Below, piece by piece: positions 1 to 9,690 of a stretch of 36,953 nucleotides of DNA; position 1 is the stretch's first letter; every line of letters starts with the position of its first letter. Source of the DNA: Craspedostauros australis (Eukaryota). The DNA is taken from positions 62,001-98,953 of the forward strand of contig JALAGF010004526.1 in assembly GCA_030167865.1 (NCBI GenBank), in the 5' to 3' direction. Position numbers and translations under genes: made by a program. The notes beneath the pieces were generated by a model. It had not been told where the DNA came from and ran no database searches. It was given only the letters and a program-made list of their open reading frames with translations.

Positions 1-644
1 TGCTGAATTGAATTCACACCACGTCTCTTGTTCAACCACTTGCGAAACGGGCCGACAGCTTGCGAGAGGCAACGTCTGATGCGAAAGTCGTCTGTGAATG
101 CCGCGCAATGCAGCCACGCTCTCAAGGATCGATTCCTCGGCTGTGCTCGGACGAGCAAGAGTCCTCGGAGCCTTGTATTAGTGAGCCCTGGCCTGGTTGG
201 CGTTTCGTCGTGCTATTTTCCAAGGAATGAGTGAGAGTGCGGGTATTAATAGTAAGTATGTGTGGTTCGAGTGCAGCCTGAGTGTTGTCCGAATGTTTGC
301 ATCCGTTGGTTGGTACGACTACTCTTCCTGTTTCTGTGATCATCGGCTTGCTTCTCTTTGTTGACTTCTGACACATGGCGGTGGATGTCATCATTGACCT
401 GTGTGCACACTCGTGATTGAAATTCACGGGCGTGATTTGATTCGCGTTGTTGTGATTCCTGTTGTTCGGCTGTCCACGTTTGGCCTCTTGGTTGTCTTTT
501 GGTCGTGTTTGCGTTTTATCGTCAGTTCCGGTTCCACGATTGTTCCTCCGTTGGGTCCTGCCGTCGCCCGTTTCCAGAGTTGATGAGAACCAGCCAATCA
601 ACGCAAAATTGAAGTCAAATGAATCAGAACAGATACCTTTTGCG

Positions 645-649
645 TTTCT
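645..649. repeat. Target-site duplication TTTCT (partner at 7951-7955)
   Basis: The same 5-mer lies immediately outside both LTRs; 5-bp TSDs are typical of Ty1/copia. Confidence 0.93.
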
Positions 650-819
650 TATTGGAACGTAGGTATAGTCGTAAGCGTGTAACTTGATGTATTGATTGGT
701 TTGAGGGATTATGGCTATTCCATCTCGTTGTGTTCTTGTTCTTTTTCTTGGTGTCTGCTGCTTTTGTTTTGGATACGGTTTCCGACTCCATGGACTCGAT
801 CGATGCTCAGGCTCCAATA
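650..819 (-). repeat. 3' LTR (170 bp)
   Basis: Direct repeat of 7781-7950. Preceded on the minus strand by a purine run, and contains the polyprotein stop codon at 807-809. Confidence 0.96.
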
Positions 820-3800
820 CGCCCCTTCAGCACATGCATGGTGGATGCACCTTGGTTGGGCTGATCGATGTATACAAAGTGAATCGTCTTCGTTGATTCC
901 ATGTATGTTGCGGTAGGATCAGCTGGTTGACTCGTCGTGGCTTTCTTGATTTGTGCGAGGTGATGCGGAGTTCGGAATAGTGTGGCGTTGACGACGCGGT
1001 AAAACGATGCCTTTGATACGGGTTTTGTGAGGATGTCGGCTTCGTTATGATCTGATGGAATGTGAATGAAGCGAATGGCCTTGGCGGCGATGGCTTCTCG
1101 GATTCGATGGTACGCAATACCGCAATGCTTCTTTTTGAGAACGCTGGAGGGTATGCTTGTGTTCAACACGACCGACTTGTTGTCACCGAGGAGCAAAGCT
1201 GGTCCAGCAAGAGGAACCCCAATGACGCGTAGAGCGGTGCGGATCTCCATGATCATATCGGTTGCAATGCGAGCGGCGACGAGTTCAGAACCATACGTAG
1301 ATGATTCCACTGTGCGTTGGCGTTTGCAGTAGGTGCGAACGATCATCCCATTGATCTTGACGATGACACCTGTAACCGAGCGGCGAGTGACGGCATCGTG
1401 TGCATGATCGGCATCCACATGAACGGTAATGTGTGCTTCCTTACCCCTTGGAGTAGGCATCTTGTGTGGTAACTCCTCATGGGCGTATGGGTAGTACTCC
1501 GTCCATTTGTCACTCTCATGTGATGTGTATTGGCGATGGTCTGGTATGGTAGGATCACACAGGATGCGGCCGTTGCGATGCGTCTTCAGGTACCCAAACA
1601 CTCGGAGTATAGCTTTCATGTGGCCTTCACGCGGAAGCATGGAGAATCTTGATAGGGCCATCGTGGCAAACTGGATGTCAAACCGACCCAATGTGATGAT
1701 CCAGTTTGCGCATCCAATCATCGTACGGAACTTGTTGGCCGCCCCTGAATCCAACAAAGGTGAGTCATCCAGCTCGGCGTGGTAGGATTCTGCCATCGGG
1801 GTACTGTATCGTGGGAGTTGTTGCTGAGTCAGTGATTCGATCTTTTCGCATGCTGTTCCGATGTAGGTTCGCGCCGACAATGCAGTGAAGACCCCGTCTT
1901 GTTGCCATGCTTCGTCCAGTTGCTCAATGTTGCCTCCAAGATAGTACATCGGGGTACCAACGCCTTTCATCACGTATTTCGACTTGAGCACCTTCATGAC
2001 ATCCATGGGATGTCGGCTGAATACCAGCACATCGTCAACATACGTTGCGATCATCTCGTAGTGGTCTTCTTGTGCACGTATCCACAAGTCCGTATCGTAT
2101 GGTGTTGGTTGGAATCCCATCTCACGGAATGATTGCGCCAAGTGTTCGTGAAAGCGGGCGCTTGATGTCCGGAGTCCATACAGCCCTTTGTGGATGATGA
2201 GCGGCTGCCCCTGTTTGTCACCAAACTCTGGTCCTGCAATGACATAGCACCGTTCTTGCGTTTTCGCATACAAGAATGCGTTTCCGACGTCTCCAGCACA
2301 CACCTGCAGTCCGTTCATTGCAGCGATGATGAATGCAATACGCATGGTTTCGAATGCAATGACTCCGGAGTATACGTCCTCGACGGATGGATCAGACATG
2401 TTGCCATTTGCAACCAGTCGGGCCTTGCGTCGCAGGTCGAATTTGACGTCAAAGACGATATGGTACGGAATGCACTTGTACGTGTTGAGATCGTCGTCGT
2501 TGGTAGGGCTGCGAAACGTCTGGTACGAATTGATTTGTCCCATCTCCTTTGCGATGGCATCCTTCCATTGTGAATCACCGTTGACCTTGTCCAGGTACAA
2601 TGCATGTCGGATGTTGTTGGGCACTTGTATGCCAAACTTGTATCGCACCTTGGATCGCGGCTTCGTTGCGGCAAGGACCTGCTTGTTGATGGTGTTGAAC
2701 GCATTGACCCAAACAAAAGGCGGAGTGCTCGTAAGCCGATTATGTTGGGCATAGCGTGTCACGGAGAGGGGATGTTGCAGCCGCATTTCATCCACGTGAT
2801 GCCAACTGTGGGAACCGTCCATCCACTCCATGAGTAGTCGGTTGTCATCATGTGTGATGACGCGTCGTGCTGAGTTATCCATGCATGGACCGTACACAAT
2901 CGCCTCGATTTTGGCTGAGTTGACATCAAGGGAAAGGACTGTGTGCAAACGGTCTTGCTCTGCCTGTGTGAGATCACGACGGATGCGTCTTGGCTCCATG
3001 GAGTGACTGTTGGCTTCGTCGCTGTGCTGGCCGACATGAGCGAAACGACCACCGTTAGGAGTATCGTGGGTTTGAGTCGCCCCTACGACGCAGGACGGTC
3101 CGAGCTGTAGTACTACGTCGTGAGCGATGGCAGTGGCCGTCACGGTAGCGAGCGCGTCATCATTGTAGCGACGTTTCCATGGGTGTGCGTCGCCGCGCCC
3201 CTGAATACGGCGTGATCGTCGAGGTGCCGCTGCCGGAACCACATCATTCCTGGTCGCCAGGGACTCGGGTGGCGTCGTAACCCCCCCTGACTCGGGAACA
3301 GACGAGGTGTGTTTGCGAGGCAACGACGAAGACGTCGGCTGGGACGCGTGTGGCACACTGACAGACGCCGGGACTCGAGACGGAACTGCAGCCTTGGTCA
3401 TGTTCGGTTTGCGATACTGGGTGAGAGCACGGTTGATGGGTTGGCGATCGGCCGTCAGCTGGAGTGGTTGAGGCGGGGAAGGGTGTGAGACTGCTGGATC
3501 GAGCTCCTTGTGGAACCCAAGTCGCTCATTCGCCATGTGAGGCCGGTACGGGCGTACGACGCTGCGGACGAGGACACGTTGGTTATGGTCAGCCAACACG
3601 AAGTACGTGAGTGAATCACCGCAGGACGGGGCGGTCCCAAGCCAATAGCCTGTCTTCTCCTTGGATTGTGGGAATGAGCTGGTCGGTTCGTGGAAGTACA
3701 CCTTCTCAAAAAATGTGAACGTCAGAAAAGGTGAGATGTCAACTGTCTCACCGGTGCGAACAGTGATCGGAATGTTGTATCGCAGGGATTGGTCCGCTGT

Positions 3801-6800
3801 GACGTTATGAATATCAGCAACATACTTGGCAGCGAAGAACCAAGCCCTTGGTGGCGCACCGGTACGGTCGAGAACGTTGTGTACGTGACCCTTGATCCAT
3901 TTCACCGCTCGAAGCTCGGCCGGATTTTGGTTTTGGAACGTGGGTTCCGTGAGTTCCATACCGATGTGGAGATCACGCAGGACACGATCGACACGCTCAC
4001 CCGTCTGTTCGTTCGCATTGTCCATTCTGAAAGCCCATGGGGCGCCTTCCTCGCGAATGAAGTAGTTGATGGCGTCGCTGACTTGTTGTTTCGATCGTAA
4101 ACCGACGATGTTGATGACGTGTGACGACATCCCGAAGAAGACCTGCGCACATGTGAAGTTTTCACCGTATGATGGGGTGTTGGCGAAGAAGGTGTCAGTC
4201 GCAACCACCTCCTTGATGCGTGGTCGCCGCATCCAAGCAAACCGAGATCGGAGATGTCTGATCATCGGCCATCGGACAACAGCTTTACAGTCCTGGGTCG
4301 TGCGCTTGAGCGTTTCCTGAATCACCCGGGCGTTGCGCCATCCTAAGTATGGCCGCAAACGAACAGGGTCATGCACGGCATGCTTGGCCTTCACTTTGAA
4401 GCCAACATCATGGACATTGATTTCGTCTGGTTCGGTCGGCGATGGCGCATGAGCATTGTGTCGCGCAGCAAGAGCATCAGATAAGTCATTGTAGGAAGAA
4501 ACGGTGTCTGTTTTGTTTTTATTGACGTTGTCAATAGGCACCGTTTCTGCGTCGTGGAACTCATCTGATGCGGAAAGTACCCAGGTTTGTGGGGGTGTTG
4601 TGATCAGGGCCTCGAGAGTACTGTGCTCACACGTACACATGCTGGCGAAATCAAGGATACCATCCATGATTGCACCCGGTGGTTGTTCCTGTTCGGTCAC
4701 GTCAGGGCAGGTGGTATGAAGACGCATGTGAGGAATGCGCATGACTGGTGCGTTCGCGCACTCATGGAAGGCCGATGGCGGGTCGGGTGCTCGGGTCGCA
4801 TCCTCAGAACGGTGGATGGCCATGGCAGCATCAAAGGGCATTAGGTCTTCGCGTGATTGATGGTGATCAGATGGTTGCCATTTGTAGTCGTTTGTGACAA
4901 CGAATACTGGAAGCCGCTCCATATCATCGTCAGTGGGTGGTTCGATATTGAAGGTCATCAAGGCATTTCGGACTGACAAAGGAATCGTTGTCGTTTTGGT
5001 TGGGTGCAACGACTGTGTTCCTTTGGATGGTGGATCCACTGTCTTGAGGTGATGAGCAGCGACAGAGTCGACTACGCATCCGGCTTCCCGCATTTGATAC
5101 TCCGACATGAGTGTCACCCTGCTTCCTGGATTCAGTGCACACTCATTGGCGTGCAACAGCACTTTTGTTCCATCATCCAAGGTGGCTTTTGTCACGGCTG
5201 AGACGACTCGAAGCCCATTCTTGCGCATGGTTGATGGTATGGCACCGATGACGTTGATGCGACGATCAGGGTTGACGCTCTCCACCCTCCATACACCACC
5301 AAGGCTTCCCAGAATGGTGCATTGGGCCCCGCTGTCGCATATGGCATATGCATCTTCGTTGCCATCTGTTGCACTTGCGTGTATACCCATGTGCGTGGAT
5401 GTCACAACCGGGTCGTTGGGTCTGGGCTCTGACGGTGCGAGTTGGAGGTCGGTGTACACTGTCGTTGCGGCATATAGGCAGAAGTCGTTATCACCATCGC
5501 TTTGACTGTATTCGAAGTCGTCATCATCCGACTCCATCCCACCGGAATCATACCATTCGCCAGTCTTGTGACCTGCACGGGTGCCGTCATCGCGTACTGA
5601 TGCCGCAGTCATGTTGTACTGCATGGGCATGGTGGAAGTTGGTTGGTTGCCTTCGCCCTTTGGTTTGATAGGTACATCCCCCGACGGCTGGGCCCCCCCT
5701 GGATCTGGTATCGTGGGGTTATGCGGGCCTCGAACACCCTTAGAGGTGAGCCGTCGGATACGTTCCCGAAGGTGGCGGATGACCCTTCGCACTTGGGCGG
5801 GAAGCTGCCGGAAGACCGTGCCATCAATGAAGTTGTCATCACGTTGGGCCGCATCCAAATGTGGTTGAGCAGCACACACCAATAGTTCTGCATGTGACTG
5901 ATCACACTGCATGAGGGCGGCAACGAATGCGACATCATCGTAGGGAGACATGTCCGAATCGTCGACATGGACTTCCTTGGTGCGTACGTGAGACGCGCGC
6001 ATTGTGCGATCGCGAGGGCGTGCCTTGCGTCGATGATGTTGCTGTTGGATCTCATCTTGTTCCCGAGCGCGAGCTTGGATGTACTCACACATGCTTTGAA
6101 AGTCGCCCATCTTGGTTTGTGACCGAGCAAGGTTGGCCCACATGATGTATGTTGGGTTGTCGGAAGCAAGGATGGCACGACACAGCTTGCGACGTTGTGC
6201 AACTTCGTCGAGTCGCTCTTCATTGCGGCCAGCCTCCTCGTTGTATGCCAATATCGAGTCGCGGAAATCGTTGATGAATTGAATGATGTTGTCGTTGGCA
6301 CGAAGAGTGACATCCAATCGAGCAAGGAGGGCGTCCGCTCGAGACATGCGGCGTGCTGGACTGTCACAGCTGCTGACAATATCACTCCAAAGTAGGACAC
6401 CATCGCCTTCGTGATTCGTCTGTATGAGGTAGTCCATTGTGCTCCCATCGACTGCTTCTTGAAGGAATCGTGCCAAAAGCGCAATATCCGATTTCACTTG
6501 CACTTTGGAGAGAGGGAGTGGAGCCTCGTAGAATGGATCGATGTAGTACGTGACAGCATCAAGTCCTCGCAGACGGTATGATCTGGCAAAATCGCTGCTG
6601 AGGAGATACTGCATCCCATACGGGACGAGGAAGGCATGGAAGCGCTTCTTGAACCGAGTGAAATGCATTTCGTCCTCGAACTTGCAGTTGGGTGGCAACT
6701 TGGATGGCCGACTGACTTTTATTGACGATCGTGGGGTAGGCGGTGTAGTCTCATCGTCAGCAGATGATGTGGATCCGAACTCAGGCATTGTAAACCGAGT

Positions 6801-7547
6801 GCGTGGCTGTGAAGCCATGTACCCACTGGTGCTGTGTGGGGTCAGAGATGGTGACATACGTGGCGAAGTAGCAGGTGATCGATGGTGCTGCTGTTGGGGT
6901 TGGTTGTCACCATCATTGGCAGTATGGACGTTGAGTGGTGTAGGAGGCAATGTCGCCATTGATGGCTCGTTTTGTTTGGTGATGGTGACAGTCAAAGCCA
7001 TCTTTGTGCGTCGAAGCCATGCCTCAGGAGTGCTGACAGCGTGCTTGGAACTGGCCTTGCGCATGGCGAAGTTGTCGGAGGATACTTGACGGAATATGTT
7101 TCCATGCGAAAAGGATTCAGGGAAGATGTACGTTGAGGCAAACTCGTCGAAGGCCTCATGGTCAATCTTGTCCACATCGACGACTGGTTTGTTGTTGTCG
7201 TCTTTGCTGATGATCTTGTTGTCCGTGCAGTACTGACCGAAGGCGTACATGCGTTGGAAGTCGTCCTTCATGCGCACTGGGTCGACAGGGTATCGAAGGT
7301 TGTCGAGGTTGGTCTTGAGGGGCAGCGTCGCGAAGTAGTAGAGGTGATTGATCACCTTTTGTTTGTCGAGGCCATTGCGAAGCGCTCGTGGTGTGCAGAT
7401 GGGCACAAGGTATGCGAAGGGTTCGGTGAATGCGAGAGTGTCGGTAATGTAGGAAATGACTGTGGTCGTGGCGTCGGGTGGTTCTGGAGGAATCCGGAAG
7501 GATCCCACAGACTCCTCCTCCATCGACTCATCAACCTTGAGACTCAT
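807..7547 (-). CDS. Copia gag-pol polyprotein (~2246 aa)
   Basis: First ATG at 7547. Aspartic protease AICDSGAQ (~5336). Integrase DDE: ATDTFF (~4196), MDNANE (~4022), QNPAE (~3917). Chromo-like EWMDGSHSW...P..V.RYA (~2700-2870). RT: KARLVANG, LYGLRTS, YVDDVL (~2040). RNase H: DADHAHD, TYGSELVAAR, GDNKSV, NEADILTK. Confidence 0.96.
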   Translation of the reverse strand: MSLKVDESMEEESVGSFRIPPEPPDATTTVISYITDTLAFTEPFAYLVPICTPRALRNGLDKQKVINHLYYFATLPLKTNLDNLRYPVDPVRMKDDFQRMYAFGQYCTDNKIISKDDNNKPVVDVDKIDHEAFDEFASTYIFPESFSHGNIFRQVSSDNFAMRKASSKHAVSTPEAWLRRTKMALTVTITKQNEPSMATLPPTPLNVHTANDGDNQPQQQHHRSPATSPRMSPSLTPHSTSGYMASQPRTRFTMPEFGSTSSADDETTPPTPRSSIKVSRPSKLPPNCKFEDEMHFTRFKKRFHAFLVPYGMQYLLSSDFARSYRLRGLDAVTYYIDPFYEAPLPLSKVQVKSDIALLARFLQEAVDGSTMDYLIQTNHEGDGVLLWSDIVSSCDSPARRMSRADALLARLDVTLRANDNIIQFINDFRDSILAYNEEAGRNEERLDEVAQRRKLCRAILASDNPTYIMWANLARSQTKMGDFQSMCEYIQARAREQDEIQQQHHRRKARPRDRTMRASHVRTKEVHVDDSDMSPYDDVAFVAALMQCDQSHAELLVCAAQPHLDAAQRDDNFIDGTVFRQLPAQVRRVIRHLRERIRRLTSKGVRGPHNPTIPDPGGAQPSGDVPIKPKGEGNQPTSTMPMQYNMTAASVRDDGTRAGHKTGEWYDSGGMESDDDDFEYSQSDGDNDFCLYAATTVYTDLQLAPSEPRPNDPVVTSTHMGIHASATDGNEDAYAICDSGAQCTILGSLGGVWRVESVNPDRRINVIGAIPSTMRKNGLRVVSAVTKATLDDGTKVLLHANECALNPGSRVTLMSEYQMREAGCVVDSVAAHHLKTVDPPSKGTQSLHPTKTTTIPLSVRNALMTFNIEPPTDDDMERLPVFVVTNDYKWQPSDHHQSREDLMPFDAAMAIHRSEDATRAPDPPSAFHECANAPVMRIPHMRLHTTCPDVTEQEQPPGAIMDGILDFASMCTCEHSTLEALITTPPQTWVLSASDEFHDAETVPIDNVNKNKTDTVSSYNDLSDALAARHNAHAPSPTEPDEINVHDVGFKVKAKHAVHDPVRLRPYLGWRNARVIQETLKRTTQDCKAVVRWPMIRHLRSRFAWMRRPRIKEVVATDTFFANTPSYGENFTCAQVFFGMSSHVINIVGLRSKQQVSDAINYFIREEGAPWAFRMDNANEQTGERVDRVLRDLHIGMELTEPTFQNQNPAELRAVKWIKGHVHNVLDRTGAPPRAWFFAAKYVADIHNVTADQSLRYNIPITVRTGETVDISPFLTFTFFEKVYFHEPTSSFPQSKEKTGYWLGTAPSCGDSLTYFVLADHNQRVLVRSVVRPYRPHMANERLGFHKELDPAVSHPSPPQPLQLTADRQPINRALTQYRKPNMTKAAVPSRVPASVSVPHASQPTSSSLPRKHTSSVPESGGVTTPPESLATRNDVVPAAAPRRSRRIQGRGDAHPWKRRYNDDALATVTATAIAHDVVLQLGPSCVVGATQTHDTPNGGRFAHVGQHSDEANSHSMEPRRIRRDLTQAEQDRLHTVLSLDVNSAKIEAIVYGPCMDNSARRVITHDDNRLLMEWMDGSHSWHHVDEMRLQHPLSVTRYAQHNRLTSTPPFVWVNAFNTINKQVLAATKPRSKVRYKFGIQVPNNIRHALYLDKVNGDSQWKDAIAKEMGQINSYQTFRSPTNDDDLNTYKCIPYHIVFDVKFDLRRKARLVANGNMSDPSVEDVYSGVIAFETMRIAFIIAAMNGLQVCAGDVGNAFLYAKTQERCYVIAGPEFGDKQGQPLIIHKGLYGLRTSSARFHEHLAQSFREMGFQPTPYDTDLWIRAQEDHYEMIATYVDDVLVFSRHPMDVMKVLKSKYVMKGVGTPMYYLGGNIEQLDEAWQQDGVFTALSARTYIGTACEKIESLTQQQLPRYSTPMAESYHAELDDSPLLDSGAANKFRTMIGCANWIITLGRFDIQFATMALSRFSMLPREGHMKAILRVFGYLKTHRNGRILCDPTIPDHRQYTSHESDKWTEYYPYAHEELPHKMPTPRGKEAHITVHVDADHAHDAVTRRSVTGVIVKINGMIVRTYCKRQRTVESSTYGSELVAARIATDMIMEIRTALRVIGVPLAGPALLLGDNKSVVLNTSIPSSVLKKKHCGIAYHRIREAIAAKAIRFIHIPSDHNEADILTKPVSKASFYRVVNATLFRTPHHLAQIKKATTSQPADPTATYMESTKTIHFVYIDQPNQGASTMHVLKGRIGA
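820..828 (-). other. Putative polypurine tract (GAAGGGGCG)
   Basis: Purine-rich run directly abutting the 3' LTR on the coding strand; it is short. Confidence 0.7.
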
Positions 7548-7765
7548 CACAACGAACCAGGCAACCCACAGTCAGCCCAGAAACCCCCCCCTCGTTCACC
7601 GAAGCCAAAGCCAAACGTTCACGAACGTGAGCCAGAAACACCCAGCGCGAAAAGACCGCCCTCGACTCCCTCGTGCTCAACAGCGGCGGGACAAACGGGC
7701 GCACTCGAAGCGGGCAACAACGGCAGCAGCGTCGGAATCGAAAGCGAAAGCCACGACGGAGCGAT

Positions 7766-7780
7766 GATTGTCTGATAAAC
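7766..7780 (-). other. Putative primer-binding site position (GTTTATCAGACAATC), atypical
   Basis: Immediately follows the 5' LTR. It shares only TATCAGA with the canonical tRNA-iMet PBS TGGTATCAGAGC and lacks the initial TGG. Confidence 0.5.
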
Positions 7781-7950
7781 TATTGGAACGTAGGTATAGT
7801 CGTAAGCGTGTAACTTGATGTATTGATTGGTTTGAGGGATTATGGCTATTCCATCTCGTTGTGTTCTTGTTCTTTTTCTTGGTGTCTGCTGCTTTTGTTT
7901 TGGATACGGTTTCCGACTCCATGGACTCGATCGATGCTCAGGCTCCAATA
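7781..7950 (-). repeat. 5' LTR (170 bp)
   Basis: Begins TATTGGA and ends TCCAATA (7-bp terminal inverted repeat). No mismatch to 650-819 found by eye. Lies upstream of the polyprotein on the minus strand. Confidence 0.96.
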
Positions 7951-8658
7951 TTTCTTGTTCTTGTTCCTTTTTGATGGGTTGGTCATTGCTGCAGAATTCT
8001 CATCACAAAATGATTCTGGGTTCTTTCCCGATTGCTTCTCTCTGGTGTCGACACTCTTGGTGTTCCACATGTCTCCCCCCGTGGATGGCTGATGCCATCA
8101 CCACAACCCGCAACTCCACGAAGAAACAAGCTGCCGCGGGACTTCCACATCCACCATGTGCCCATGTTCGCAGGAATCAATCACCATGGGGATGGCGGAT
8201 GAATCAGCCCTCCTGTGGGCATGCCATGTGCTTTCATCGAATCAGTTGCAGCCACGCAGCAGATGAAAAGTGCCCAGGACGGACCGGAATTCCTCAGCAG
8301 AACCAGAACAGGCATCAACAATCAACTGACTCATAGTCATGCTATTCGTACGAGCTATGGTGCAAGTACCGACACGAGTGCAAGTATTGACATCATCACC
8401 ATCCCCACTAGCATCATTCTGTCATTTCGCTACTGCTCACAATTCTATTCGTAAACACTCCATCGCACAGCCGTTGTACGCGATCAGAAAAGACATCAAG
8501 AAAGAAAAGCGAGAAACACCACTTTGGGTGTACATCACCATTCTCACCATCACCGCACGGTCATAAAACAGCTACAACAACAGACACAAAAGCACAAACA
8601 GAAGGGACGGCCCGACAACTCCGTTCGAACTTGCCAGCGTCGCTATCATTCCTCGATC

Positions 8659-9690
8659 ATGTTCTCCGCTGTGGCTCTGTTCGCCTTCCTTGGCATGCTC
8701 ACGGTGCTAGGCGTCGCCATGAGCTTGATTTGCATCGCCATTGAGCTGGCCTCCAACTCTGACTTTGCCACTGCTCTCACTCCCAAGTTACCCAAACAAG
8801 CATTCGAAGGACGCGTCGTCTGGGTGACAGGCGCATCCTCCGGCGTGGGCAAGCAAGTTGCGCTGCTCCTGGCTCGCCACAACGCCAAGGTGATCATCTC
8901 TTCTCGCAGCCGCGACAAGCTGGAGCAGGTGAAGTTTGAATGCGAAGCACTCAACAAGAATGCGATCATCCATGTGCTCCCGCTCGACTTGGAGCTGACT
9001 GGCACCATGGAAGAGAAGGCCACGGAAGTCCTCAAGAAATTCGGCCGGGTGGACGTCCTGATCAACAATGGGGGCATCTCCACGCGTGTCTTCGCCCATC
9101 GCTGCCACTTCGATCTTGATCAGTACGTGACCAACGTCGACTACATGGGACACGTCGCCCTCGTCAAGGCTCTCCTGCCTCACTTCCGTTCCGCGGGTGG
9201 TGCCACCATCATGAACACCGGATCCATCGCCAGCAAGGTGGGCGTCCCGGTCCGCACCGGATACAGCGGCGCCAAGCACGCACTGAACGGATACATGAAC
9301 GCGCTGCGCATGGAGTGCATCATCACGGGCGTCGATCTGTACATCGGCAACGTGTGTTTGGGATCCACGAAGACCAACCTCCCCTTCAACGCTGTGGTGG
9401 ACAGGACCGCCGCGAGCGACGACGCAGATGCAAGCGCAGGCGCCGGTGGAGGCAACAAATCGGGAATCCGGAAGTTCGGCCAGCAGGACCCGAACACGGC
9501 GAAGGGCATGCCCCCGGAGTTCGTGGCGGAGCGCATCCTCTCCGTTGCCTACCACCGCAGGTTGCCGGAGATCTGGCTGGCCAAGCCGAACGAAATCGTG
9601 GCACTCCTGCTCAACCAGTACATTCCCAACACCAGCATCAGAATCCTCTCTGCCACCATGTCCCACTACGCCGTGCAGAAGGACGAATGA
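8659..9690 (+). CDS. Short-chain dehydrogenase/reductase, DHRS7-like, with N-terminal membrane anchor
   Basis: TGASSGVG Rossmann motif, INNGG and catalytic YSGAK (YxxxK). Hydrophobic N-terminus from ATG 8659. Confidence 0.9.
   Translation: MFSAVALFAFLGMLTVLGVAMSLICIAIELASNSDFATALTPKLPKQAFEGRVVWVTGASSGVGKQVALLLARHNAKVIISSRSRDKLEQVKFECEALNKNAIIHVLPLDLELTGTMEEKATEVLKKFGRVDVLINNGGISTRVFAHRCHFDLDQYVTNVDYMGHVALVKALLPHFRSAGGATIMNTGSIASKVGVPVRTGYSGAKHALNGYMNALRMECIITGVDLYIGNVCLGSTKTNLPFNAVVDRTAASDDADASAGAGGGNKSGIRKFGQQDPNTAKGMPPEFVAERILSVAYHRRLPEIWLAKPNEIVALLLNQYIPNTSIRILSATMSHYAVQKDE

Larger units (their letters stand above)
650..7950 (-). mobile_element. Full-length Ty1/copia LTR retrotransposon (CoDi-like), 7301 bp
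   Basis: Direct repeats at 650-819 and 7781-7950, flanked by TTTCT at 645-649 and 7951-7955 (target-site duplication). The internal uninterrupted ORF has the copia domain order gag-PR-IN-RT-RNaseH. Confidence 0.97.

Noticed and set aside
7619-7948. ORFs starting MEPEHRSSPW that appear twice (also 122-817)
   Set aside because: They arise from the duplicated LTR sequence and use non-ATG starts; they are not a gene family.
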